NCBI GenBank assembly: GCA_035084275.1
Contig: CM068763.1
Coordinates: 7,750,001 to 7,814,000, forward strand
Direction of reading: 5' to 3'
DNA from: Hydrolagus colliei
Taxonomy: Eukaryota
Length of the DNA stretch: 64,000 nucleotides
Positions 1 through 10,520 of the stretch are shown here, one piece after another. A program made the translations under genes and the position numbers. The first letter of the stretch is position 1, and each line of letters begins with the position of its first letter. Under the pieces are notes generated by a model. It saw only the letters and a list, made by a program, of their open reading frames with translations. It was not told the DNA's origin and did no database searches.

Positions 1-293
1 CCCCAAATCCTCACCCCGCCTGAGACATTCACACACACTTATAATGATTCCATTCATTATTGACCTGTTCACCTCTTCCTTTCTAAAGAATACAACCCTA
101 ATTGACTTTGTTCCACATAAACTGGTGAATTGTTGCTGGACACCCTCCGGGAATCTTCCTAAGATCCAATATGTACACAACAGCACATGAGGTGTGACTG
201 TCAGCTGCGGTATCTTATCGCTTAGATCAGCTTCTTATAAAGTCCAGCGTCCCACTCGCCTTATTAACTAACGAGTGAGAGTAAAGCACTTAC

Positions 294-431
294 TCAGTGT
301 GAGGTGTGTTATCACACATGCAAAGATGAAAGCCGTGAGGAATGAGAGCGAGAGTAGAAACATGTAGAAGAATCTGTAATTCCGTTTCCCCACACAGTTT
401 CCAACCCAGGGACAGTGGTGGTCAAATCGCT
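294..431 (-). CDS. ZDHHC18: ZDHHC18 palmitoyltransferase coding exon 4 (DHHC catalytic motif); gene continues beyond window start
   Basis: Translates (E)[45 protein letters not shown]; acceptor ttcag and donor gtaagt; in phase with exon 3. Confidence 0.93.
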
Positions 432-469
432 CTGAAGGGAAAATAACATTCAGATCAGACCAATACAAC

Positions 470-580
470 GCACCAATAAAACACAGTCAATTCAGTTTAC
501 AGTTTACTCTGTGAAGCACTTTGAGGCCAGGTCTTGAAGCCTCAATGAGGTGTTATATCAAATTGCAAGGATTATTATTC
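470..580 (+). mobile_element. SINE 3' tail fragment
   Basis: cagtcaattca...ctgtgaagcactttgag...tatatcaaattgcaaggattattatt, same tail as the full SINE copies at 1605 and 28748. Confidence 0.65.
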
Positions 581-645
581 TGATTAAAAACTCAAACCAT
601 GGGCTACATGATCACATCCCTGGCCTGGGCCAAGGCTGTACTCAC

Positions 646-792
646 CCACACAGTTGTCACACAAGCTGCAGTGCGAAGTGCGTGGTGGCCGAAACATTTT
701 GCAACTGAAACAGTACTTGAGTTTGACTGGCTGCCCGTTGATCAGCACCTCTCTGGTGCGTGGCGGCCGGTAACTAGATCCCCCGGAGTTAT
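646..792 (-). CDS. ZDHHC18: ZDHHC18 coding exon 3 (Cys-rich domain); not in the ORF track in this frame
   Basis: Manual translation (D)[48 protein letters not shown]; ctgtttcag acceptor, gtgagt donor. Confidence 0.93.
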
Positions 793-1190
793 CTGAAACA
801 GAGGCTCAGTCAGTCGCAGGACATCGGCAGTGAAGCTCACAGGCCCAGAACAGGCCAGTTTCAAGTGAAATATTAAACACTCCATCTGATTAAAAATATT
901 TCTACCAAGTTGTGGGTTAAACGACGTCCCATGCCAATTACCCCACACGGCTGTATGCCTCATAATGTGGATGATGATCAATAAACTTGTATTGAATACA
1001 CAATGCTTGTATTTAACTTGTATTTGGTACATATACACCGCTGACACACACACACACAGGGGCAGAATAAAGCACCTCGTTCTACACAGAGCTGCTCCTG
1101 GTTCTGTCTGGCACATATCCCACGGCTACTGAATCTCAAGTGTGACGAAAGCTAAAACCGCTCTGTGCTGTCCCCTGCCCGGCCAGTTAC

Positions 1191-1351
1191 CTATCTGTCT
1201 CTCCAGGTGAGCTGCCTCCTCGGGCGTGGCGCGGGGCAGGATCCCAGGGTCACTGAGGCTGGTATGAAGTAAGGCGCTGATCACAAACAGGAAGAGGAAG
1301 CCAGCGATGATCGGGATGGCGAGAGTCAGGTGCTGTGTCAGGTAAGGACAG
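1191..1351 (-). CDS. ZDHHC18: ZDHHC18 coding exon 2 (TM2, DPG motif)
   Basis: (D)CPYLTQHLTLAIPIIAGFLFLFVISALLHTSLSDPGILPRATPEEAAHLERQI; tttgcag acceptor, gtaact donor; phase matches exons 1 and 3. Confidence 0.93.
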
Positions 1352-1604
1352 CTGCAAACAAAATGAATCTGGTTACCGCCTGGAAACACTCGGCCCGAGA
1401 GTCCCATCTGGGTCACACATAGATATGAATACAGCTCCTTGTCCTATATAGAGCTGCTGCCGGCTCCGTCCAGCACATATCCCAAGGCCATCTCAGTGTG
1501 ACGAAAACTAAATCCAGCACAGGCCTGTACCACACCACATTGCATCCCGCCTTAGCTTAATGTAATAAAATACACAGCATCAGAAGTTACAGGACAGAAG
1601 CTAT

Positions 1605-1985
1605 GGAGTCCCATAGCTCAATGGTTCATCATTTAAACAAGAGACCTGGGCTCAATTTCAGGCAGGGAGAAATCACTGGGGAAGTTTCCTGACTCGTCAC
1701 GTCTGATAATAATCCCTCGGGGGGGGGAAAAGACAATTAACAAATTGGTCAATTCAATCCAACGACTGTTTGTGGGGACGACAACAACAACAACTTGGAT
1801 TGATACGGCGCCCTCCACATAAACTGTCTCACAGCGCCGGGCGCAACGCAATCGGCTGCCGCGTTTCACCAACAAATACACAGTCACTTCACTTTACAGT
1901 GTATTCTGTGAAGCGCTTTGAGACGTTTAGAAAACACGAAAGGCACTGTATCAAATGCAAGGATTATTATTATTATTATTATTAT
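1605..1985 (+). mobile_element. tRNA-derived SINE (Deu-SINE-like tail) in ZDHHC18 intron 1
   Basis: Degenerate A/B-box head (agctcaatgg...gggctcaatttc), ggctgccgcgtttc body, gtgaagcgctttgagacg...caaatgcaagg tail ending in (att)n; several paralogues in window. Confidence 0.8.
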
Positions 1986-2084
1986 GGGCCAAGTGGCCTC
2001 TTGCTGCCTGGTTACATGTCTATGAATGGTGGACATCTCTACATCACTGCACACAGTCACTACACCGGGCCGGCTTTCACTCAC

Positions 2085-2311
2085 TCAAAGGCAAAGAAGA
2101 GGCCGCTGGTGACGAGGATGAGGCCGAGGGTCAGGCAGAAGGCGCCGCTCAGGCGGCCGCTCATCAGACGCCCGTCGCAGCAGAAGCGGTTCCTGCCGGG
2201 GAACGTCTCCCACTTCCTGCGGTGAGGCCGCTTCCCGGCAGCGGCGCCCGGACCCGAGGCCGTGGCTGAGGCCGGGCCTAGCGCGATCTGCCGGTACTCG
2301 CACTCCTTCAT
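2085..2311 (-). CDS. ZDHHC18: ZDHHC18 coding exon 1
   Basis: gccggcgccATG context; [10 protein letters not shown]...[20 protein letters not shown]...GLFFAF; gtgagt donor. ZDHHC9/14/18 subfamily N-terminus; adjacency to PIGV/ARID1A favours ZDHHC18. Confidence 0.9.
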
Positions 2312-2479
2312 GGCGCCGGCCTGAGCATCGCAACCGGCGGCTTCCGGTCTCCTTGCCCCCAGACTCTCTCTCTCTCTCTCTCCCCCCTGGTTATTGTCCC
2401 GGTGCAGACACAAAATCCCGGGCGCGGCTCCGGCTCCAGCCTCAGGTCTCACCGCGAACAGCAGAAGCCCGGCCCCGGA
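2312..2479 (-). promoter_or_regulatory. ZDHHC18 CpG-island promoter/5'UTR region
   Basis: CpG-dense; ETS-type CCGGAAG (minus) near 2341; (CT)n tract at about 2363-2381; TSS not determinable. Confidence 0.55.
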
Positions 2480-3250
2480 GTCACAGCGCCCCCCCGCGTC
2501 CCCCCTCACAGTCACAGCGCCGCCCCGCGTCTCCCCTCACAGTCACAGCGCCCCCCCGCGTCCCCCCTCACAGTCACAGCGCCGCCCCGCGTCCCCCCTC
2601 ACAGTCACAGCGCCCCCCCGCGTCTCCCCTCACAGTCACAGCGCCCCCCCGCGTCTCCCCTCACAGTCACAGCGCCGCCCCGCGTCTCCCCTCACAGTCA
2701 CAGCGCCCCCCCGCGTCTCCCCTCACAGTCACAGCGCCCCCCCGCGTCCCCCCTCACAGTCACAGCGCCGCCCCGCGTCCCCCCTCACAGTCACAGCGCC
2801 GCCCCGCGTCCCCCCTCACAGTCACAGCGCCGCCCCGCGTCCCCCCTCAGTCACAGCGCCGCCCCGCGTCTCCCCTCACAGTCACAGCGCCCCCCCGCGT
2901 CTCCCCTCACAGTCACAGCGCCGCCCCGCGTCTCCCCTCACAGTCACAGCGCCCCCCCGCGTCTCCCCTCACAGTCACAGCGCCGCCCCGCGTCCCCCCC
3001 TCACAGTCACAGCGCCCCCCCGCGGCCCCCCCCCCCCGCGTCCCCCCTCACAGTCACAGCGCTCCCCCGCGGCCCCCCCACACAGTCACGGCACCCCCCC
3101 GCGTCCCCCCCCCACAGTCACAGCGCCCCCCCGCGCGCCCCCTTACAGTCACAGCGTGTTCGCCCCCCCGTCACAGCGCCCCTCGCGGCACAGCGCCCCC
3201 CTGCGGTCCCCCGCCAGTCACAGCGCCCCCCACACAGTCACAGCGCCACC
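2480..3250. repeat. 31-bp GC-rich minisatellite, about 25 copies, degenerating at the right end
   Basis: Unit GTCACAGCGCC(G/C)CCCCGCGTC(C/T)CCCCTCACA recurring at 2480, 2511, 2542, 2573 and onward. Confidence 0.95.
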
Positions 3251-3394
3251 ACATGGTCTTCACTGTAATGTAGGAAAGTCTCACAGGGAATTGAGTCAAG
3301 TGTAGCGACCAGTTGTAGCCAAAAAGGCAGCAGCAGCTAATTTGAGCAGTGATGTTATGTCGCACATAAACAACAAAATAACATGTGTAATTAC

Positions 3395-3545
3395 ATGACG
3401 TCCCAAGGCGCTGGGCATTCCGCTGCGGACCCGAGCTGGGGTCGGGATTCGGGAGAGTGGAGGGAAAGGATTGGATTTGTGGTGACTGATGGAACCGTCG
3501 AAGAGATGGATCTTGAGGCAGGACTTGAGGGAGAGCAGAGGAGCT
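3395..3545 (-). mobile_element. L2-like LINE 3' end fragment
   Basis: gacgtcccaaggcgctg tail motif and gtcgaagagatggatcttgagg segment shared with L2-like copies at 12375 and 29190. Confidence 0.6.
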
Positions 3546-3779
3546 TTTAACGTTAATGCAACGCACTGACGGGCCCCTCGTATTGGGTGGGCAATGCGCA
3601 TACGCACTTATTAAACTTACCGTCAGTGACTAAGAAAATTGCACCGAGTAGTTTGAAGTCTTAAAAACGCCTCTGTGAAGGAGGCCAGGGAGAATTAATA
3701 CCAGTAGTATTTTGTTAAAAGGGTGGGGGGAAACATCGTATTGTCAGTCACTGTCTTTCAAATGAGATGTTAATTCGAA

Positions 3780-4146
3780 CACTCATCAGATGGGCGTTAA
3801 AGACCTATCACCATGTTTGGAGAGGAGGGATATAATCCATCTCTTTAAAATATTGACATAGGTGTTATAACTGAAGGAAAGTGTTTGATTTAGAGCGAGA
3901 GAAAATGTTTGCTGCCATCTTTTAGGGGCCAGCCGATAATGGTTCCTCTGCATTTAGATTCAATGACAAGTCAGTGTGACACAATGATAACAACTTTTAA
4001 AAGGGAATTAGATCTTTATTTAGGGAGAACGGGTCTATTAGGCTATGGGGAGCGGGCAGGGCAGTGGGATTGAATCGCTCTTTTCAAAGAGCCGGCACAG
4101 ACTAGATGGGCCGAATGGCCTCCTTTTGTGCCGTAAAATTCTATGA
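3780..4146 (+). mobile_element. CR1-like LINE 3' end
   Basis: Typical CR1 terminus ggcacagactagatgggccgaatggcctcctt...attctatga; reverse copy at 51823-52060. Confidence 0.75.
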
Positions 4147-4299
4147 ATGGAGACCCAAGAACTTTGGACCAAGTTCCTCTTTACATTTTCAGATCCCAGT
4201 TGTAGTCTGTGTGAATAAAGTACGGAGCCCACTATGGCAAAACAGAGCCAATAAGCATTGATCCTGTAGAGACAAATTAATAGAAATTATCCTGGCAAT

Positions 4300-4673
4300 G
4301 GAGTCCTGCAGCTCAGTGGTTAGAGCAATCGCCTCACAGGTGAGAGAACCTGGGTTTGATTCCCAGCAAGGTGAAATGTTGGGAAAGTTTCCTTACTCCA
4401 CCACACACCTCTGTTTACCTAGCAGTAACTGGGAGCCCGATTGTTAGTCATTTGGTGGATTACTTTTCTGGGGGTAATAATGCCTTAAAAAAAAATTGTC
4501 ACTTCAATTCACAACTATTTGTGGGACACTCCTGGTGCAATTGGCTGCCGTGTTTCGCCCACAAAATATATAGTCAATTCATTTTACAGTGTACTTAAGT
4601 GTACTCTGTGAAGTGCTTTGAGACATCTTGAAAACGTGATAAGGCACTATATATCAAATGCAAAGATTATTAT
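4300..4673 (+). mobile_element. tRNA-derived SINE, full length
   Basis: A box agctcagtgg, B-box-like gggtttgattccc, same body and tail as other copies. Confidence 0.82.
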
Positions 4674-5809
4674 AATACACTAAAAATACAAAAGATTGTT
4701 TCTGTTGTGTAGTGCCGTCAGGCTGATACAGAGTCTGTCTCTCTGTTCCTACAGGGAAAGGGGAGAGTGATCAAACAGAGCAGCATGGCTGGTGAGTCAG
4801 TACAGAGCAGCTCCCAGCACTACTGTGTTGTTAAAACAAGTCTCTGCATTCAGCTGTACTTACCGGTATATCATTCTTATTTGAATCTCATTGAACACTA
4901 AAATAATAGTGCTTGAATTTGATCTTCCAAGGCATGAGTGCACATTGGTTTTAAATCCTATTCTTGTCCCATCAAATATTCAAACACTAACATTATGAAA
5001 TCATGCTGCATAGTGAGTGATTGGTACCAAAAACAAGGCATCTCCACACCAGAGGGCACTCTCGCTTTGTGTTCCCCATCACAGCTGTAAATCACATTTG
5101 GTGCAATCTGCAGTTTCAACAGACTAAACTCATTGGTGTAAAGTGGTGACTCATTGCAATCCGAGTGTAAACCATGTGGCCAGTCACATAACCTGCTTGT
5201 CCAGATTTACTCAAGACTGTGGTGCAAATGGATAAGAGATGTAATCTCGGCTGAGTTTATAGTGGAATTTCCTGGGCTAAATGACCAAGTGCTGCTGGCA
5301 ATGCTCATAATAAGCTAGGAGAAAAATCAGTTTTCTGTAGAGAGGAGCTGTGCCCTGCAGTGCTGTGAAGCTCTGGGTGTTAAGTGTAGTGTGTCCCGGT
5401 CCCTCATACAATTTCCCTCCTTCCCTGCTGTGGAAGCTGCAGAATTCTGCTGGGCGATGCCCTTCACTTTATAGTGTGAGCAAAGCACCTCTGGCCATCA
5501 ATACCTCAGTGTAATCAGTACCAGTATTAGCATATTGCCCTGCTCTCATTTTAATTTTCCTTTCCCTGATCAGCAACACCCTATTACAAGCAATCACAGT
5601 TGGGAGGTTGAACAGCTCCCGTTCGAATGGTAACTCAGACATTAAGTTTGGCCCAGGATAAATGTGTACATGCATCCACCCACACCCGAACACTGTTTGT
5701 GGCAGTCCCAGTTATTACCGTGGGATTGTCAGTCAGATATCCATCAATAAGAGGCAGACGGACGTGAAGGCTCTTCCCAACAGCAGCGACAGAAGCGGCA
5801 AGGGAACTT

Positions 5810-5828
5810 TTTATTACCATTATTTATT
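5810..5828 (-). terminator. Candidate PIGV polyadenylation signals (two AATAAA)
   Basis: tttatt at 5810-5815 and 5823-5828, about 270 nt past the PIGV stop; usage unverified. Confidence 0.4.
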
Positions 5829-5923
5829 TACTCCATCTCTTCAAATACATAAATAATTCTGCAGTAAGTTAATGTGCGCCTCCCAGGTCTCGAATCCAAC
5901 CACCAACCTGCCCACAGACAGCA

Positions 5924-5985
5924 CCAGCGCCTTGGGATGTTCGCCCGACGTGAAAGGCGTTCCATAAAAGTAATTTTGTTGTTGT
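5924..5985 (+). mobile_element. L2-like LINE extreme 3' tail inside the presumptive PIGV 3'UTR
   Basis: cagcgccttgggatgttcgcccgacgtgaaaggcg...ttgttgttg; motif recurs near 9980, 54345 and 60500. Confidence 0.6.
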
Positions 5986-6091
5986 AGAACTGAACCCACA
6001 CACAGCCAAGAGCACTGAGCCTTTCCCACACACAGTCCTGGGAGTGGAATGGAACATATTGAGCAAATGAATGTCTGAAACACTCTGAGGC

Positions 6092-6352
6092 TCATGTCCA
6101 TGGGAGGAAGTTACAATGCAGTAAGAGGCCAAGGAGCCAGTACAACAGAAAGTAAGCCAGAAGCCAGCGAGTGGTTGGGCTTCGCTTTCTCCAGTCCAGA
6201 AACAGTTCTGTCAGGAGGTTTTTGGGGAGCATGAGGAGAGTGGGGGCAGCAACAATGCCCTGCGAGACATGTTCAGCCTCCGCTTTCTGAATCAGATGGG
6301 CACAGAACCAATACAGGACAGGAGATGATGAGGCCAGGAACCTGGTCAAAAC
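6092..6352 (-). CDS. PIGV: PIGV (GPI mannosyltransferase 2) last coding exon
   Basis: VLTRFLASSSPVLYWF...LLLHCNFLPWT-stop, characteristic PIGV C-terminus; gtgcag acceptor. Confidence 0.95.
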   Translation of the reverse strand, partial: VLTRFLASSSPVLYWFCAHLIQKAEAEHVSQGIVAAPTLLMLPKNLLTELFLDWRKRSPTTRWLLAYFLLYWLLGLLLHCNFLPWT

Positions 6353-6789
6353 CTGCACATAAAGGAAGATAGAGGTTAATGCACCCTCTAAAGGAAATCA
6401 AACCACACGCAGGAAGCTCCACCTCTTCAGCTCAGTCTTTACCTAGTATTAGCAGCGCTGCATGAGGTGTACTTCCACCCATCTTGAAAAGCACCGACTT
6501 ACTTTTTACTGGGAAATAGAAGCAGTTGCCTCTGGTACATTGCCAAAGTACTGACAGTGAATTGTCACAATGAATGTTATTGGGTTAATAGACCTGGGGG
6601 AACATGACCCAGATATCCACAAGCATCTTTTGGCAATAGTCTCAGAATAGGTATCAGGAGCGAGCACCCTGACTGATTTTCCCATTCTGATACTGTAACT
6701 CTGAAGCCAAATGTTAGCCAGCTGCTGTGTCAGCTGCAATTGGAGTCAATTGCTGGACAGTCAGTCGCTGCCATGTGCCTTGGTCTTAC

Positions 6790-7962
6790 CTGAATGTGCA
6801 TGAAGCACACGGCAAACGCAAGCAGCCCCGTCATGTGCACGAGATAGACAAACACCCCTGGGCTGTGAAACCCGTTTATTGGCTTCTTCTCTCCCTCCTC
6901 CGTTCTCCTCTTGCTGACCAGTCCCAGCCGCGCACAATACCAGAAATCAGCTGCCACATATTGCCAGGCAGCCCACCCACCCAGAAGGGCAGCTGGTAGC
7001 GCCAACAGGAAGTTGGGCAGCTGTCGCAGTTGGTAATATTTCAGGAAGCCCAGATTCCAGTACACTTTTTGGATGTAGGAGTAGATCAGGGGGAAGCGGT
7101 GAGAGCACCAAGTCGGCAGTGCCACGTCTGTATTGCGGATCCTGTAGCCCTTCTCCCTGGCGAGCTGTAATAGAGTCTGAGGGATGTCCTGCCCTGGGGT
7201 CACAGCTGGTGTGCAGAAAGTCAGGTAGCCATAATACTGGAAGAGTGCAAAGGGTGCTACGATTGCGATCGTGCCCCCAGCCACTATCAGCACTGACCTA
7301 GCAGCTACACGGAGCCAACACCATGTCTGAGGTCCATTCACTGCCGACTTCATCACCAACCTCAGGTGCTTCACACTGCGCTTCAACTCCAAGTAAATGA
7401 GGAATCCAGCGTTCACCGTCCCATTGGAGCGCGTGGCTGTGGCCAAAGCAAAAAATACACAGCCCAGCACTGACCGTCCCATCTCCAGCTGCCACATCCC
7501 CACCAGTGCCAGCAGCACAAACATACTTTCCGAGTAAGCAGCTGACATGAAGACACCAACCGGAGTCAGGCAAAAGAGCAAGCTGGCAAGGGTGGCCGTG
7601 CTGTTGTCCTTCAGCACCGCACAACTCAGCTTGTACAGGACTCCAGCTGCCAGCATAAACAGAGCCATGTTTAGCAGCACGGCTGAGAGCAGCAGGCGGC
7701 TGTGGAGACTGAGCCACCCCGCGCATGGTGAGGCAAGAGTTTCCGCCACTATCCGCATGCATACTGGAAACAAGGGCAGGAAGGCAAAGTTGTGCTCATA
7801 GACATAGCCAAACTCCGCAATGAACAGAAAGTGCTGTGCATCCCAGCGGGAAAACCCGCTGAGCAGGGTTTGCACTATCACATCTCCCAGTGTGAAATTG
7901 TGGATCTGGGGTGGACTGAAGGCATCGGCAGTGTGGTCGGGAATGAGGGAATTAAACAGAAC
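6790..7962 (-). CDS. PIGV: PIGV large internal coding exon (391 codons)
   Basis: VLFNSLIPDHTADAFSPP...GFSRWDAQHFLFIAEFGYVYEHNFAFLPLFP...YSES...RSNG...QLPNFLLA...FMHIQ; ttctag acceptor, gtaaga donor, phase 0/0. Confidence 0.95.
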
Positions 7963-9190
7963 CTAGAACAGAAAAATTAATGCATTAACATCCCTATCAT
8001 TACCTAATGCATCCACCCCCCACCGCCCCCGCAAAGTGGGGCAACGACGGGCACCTGAAACATCGGCCCATGAGGCACAGGATATATCCAAATCATCCTG
8101 AGAATATCACACATTACTGCCGGGAAATTCAACCCAAGGTGTACCCTTGACAGCAAGGGCACTGCATTCCTGATGGGGCAGCGCTCTTTAATACAAATAA
8201 TTAATCAATTAAAATTTTAATTGCCAGGAAATTAAACTGAAGCAGCAGCTGCTAATCCCGGGAGCAGTCAGAACAACTCCCAGTCTTCTCGCCGGCAGTG
8301 ATCTCATCCAGTCACAGATGCACACATACAGAGAAGTGGCAGATATAAGAAACCTCCTCTGCAGCTCACTCAGCACAAAGCTGCTACACACAGAATCACT
8401 TCCCCTCTGTAATCTTTTGCTTCCTCCACTCACCCTCACCATACTTTACAACAAATACAGAATTTTTAAAAAACAAAATGTTCTCTATTGAGCAAATTCT
8501 GCCTCCCTTCTACTGGGGACAATTAATTCCACGGATATCCTCAGTTGCCTTCCCAGGTGAACATTCTTCACGTACGAGTTCAGTCAGACAGTCAGTAAGT
8601 CAGCCAGCAGATTACTAAACCACAGGGAACTCAGTCCTGATACTGATCTCATCCAACACACACATATATTCCAATAGAGAATCATAGAGATTAGGAACAC
8701 AGAACCAGGACTAGTTTTCACTCTTCAGGCCCAGGGTTCTGTGGCCAACTGCCGTATCAACTATGATCAACAAACCAGCCCAGGTTGGAACCTGTACTCA
8801 AGTTCAGCTGTGTAACATAGCGCTATAACACATAATTACTCACCCAGCTCCCAGGAAAACAATTCAACCAATATTTACACCATAAGATCTGGAAAAAACT
8901 ATCATTGAGCTATGTAAAACAGGGCAGTGGGAGGGTAGGAAGCACACAAAGACAATGGTGCAAGCACACTGGGTTGTGCCTAAATGCGGGGAAGAAAAGT
9001 GTAGTGTTCAGGGAGAAATGGTTATGCATGTTAAGCATCACATCTGAAGTCTCTGAACGGCAGGAATACAAGTGGTGTGGCACTAATTTGACCTAAGGGC
9101 CAGGCATTAGAAACATACACGCTATGATTCAGGCCACAAGTAGATTATACATTGAAGCATTTGCAGCATTGATACACGCTTAGAACTGAC

Positions 9191-9262
9191 CTGCAAGAGG
9201 ACAGTGAGGATTCTGGAGTACAAAGCAAAGAGCATCACACTCCGAATGCCGCAAACTTCCAT
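9191..9262 (-). CDS. PIGV: PIGV first coding exon (24 codons; exon begins at about 9313 with 5'UTR)
   Basis: MEVCGIRSVMLFALYSRILTVLLQ followed by gtcagt donor; resembles the PIGV N-terminal R-I-L-T-x-x-L-Q segment; acceptor ctcctttcag upstream. Total CDS 501 aa. Confidence 0.88.
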
Positions 9263-10189
9263 CCGGCAAAGTGACTCGATAAGGCACTCCACCTCTTTAT
9301 GATGCTAGGACACCTGAAAGGAGACAGATTGCAGAGGACTTAGTTACTGTACAGCACAAGCCACTTGGTTCAACCCACAGGGGACGCAAAGTGTAGGCAC
9401 TGAGGCATTACATGCAGTCATTTATTTGCTTTATTTACTACCTACGGCTGGGGTCCAATCGGAATTCCTGCCTCCAACAGACGCATATAGTGCAGCTCAG
9501 CACCTGCATCCTCATGGCAAACCATTTCAATTGAGATAATCTGCAAACTCACTGCTTCACTACCAGCCCAAGTCAGATTCGCTCATAGATACATTACCGG
9601 CCCGAGTCCAGGTATCAGTCCAGTCTGACTGGGTGAGACCAAGATCCAAGACAATTCATCAACTAAAAACACTCTCGACAGATATTTAAATAGTGACTTA
9701 TCACAGACAATACAACCAATGGGTGTACAGTGCAGTCTCCGCACTGGGAATCTGGCATAGTTCTACCAGCTCAGCCTTCAATTAGTGTGGGAGAAGGGCT
9801 GATTGATTGTATTTGCTGTTTGTTCAATGGAAATATTCATGGAAGCCGAGAATGAGTCCGGGCTCAAAAGGTTATCCGTCAAAAGGCCCTGCTGGTAACC
9901 AGGCCTTCGGTCACCCTCCTACCCTCCCCACTCCCTCCTGATCTCAACCACCACCAGCTCAGGTGTGGTTCATTGACTGTCCAACGCCTCAGGACGTCCT
10001 TCCATCTGACGTGAAAGGCGCTGTACAACTGCAATCTGTTGTTTTTTAAAACCTCACGTCAAGATATAAAATACCATCAGAGGCCATTCATGTGGGGGGT
10101 GTAGTGAGGGTGGAGCGGGAGTTAATTTAGATTTATTAATCTAATCATTAATCTAACCATTTAAATCTGCTCTGGCTGTGCCTTTGCCT

Positions 10190-10520
10190 GATCTGAAGCT
10201 CAAAATGGCGGCAACGGAGTTGACTGACTGCGCGCGCAGCGTCTGGCTGACCTGGCGCGCGACCGCCCCCGCAACTGCCACTTCCGCTTTTAAAAAACCC
10301 CGCGGCACCCGCCTCTGCGTCGCTATGGAAACACGTCCTGTTCCCGCGTCTCCTCCCTCTCCCATCCCCCACCCCCCCTCTTCCCCTCCGCCCATCCCTC
10401 AGCAATGGCGCCGCAGGCCGGGCACGTCCCCTACCAATCGCTTCCTGCGACACTTGACTTGACGTTAGCTGCTCAATAAACAAATGCGGGGACTCGCAGG
10501 ATGTAAAGGCCGCAGCCGAG
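10190..10520 (-). promoter_or_regulatory. CpG island, probable PIGV promoter and non-coding first exon
   Basis: CpG-dense; YY1 AAAATGGCGG 10202-10211, ETS ACTTCCG 10280-10286, X-box-like GTCGCTATGGAAAC 10319-10332, CCAAT 10434-10438; candidate donor CAG|GTCAGC with exon end 10252. Confidence 0.65.

Noticed and set aside
2312-2515. N-terminal extension of ZDHHC18 in the 144-aa ORF
   Set aside because: Starts at a non-ATG codon inside the minisatellite; family similarity begins at MKECEY, which has a good Kozak context.
2480-3250. CRISPR-like regular array
   Set aside because: Head-to-tail units with no unique spacers, no cas genes, vertebrate context.
2353-3305. Three overlapping ~300-aa plus-strand Pro/Ser/Arg-rich ORFs
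   Set aside because: All frames are open only because the 31-bp repeat lacks stop codons; they start at non-ATG codons and have no domain.
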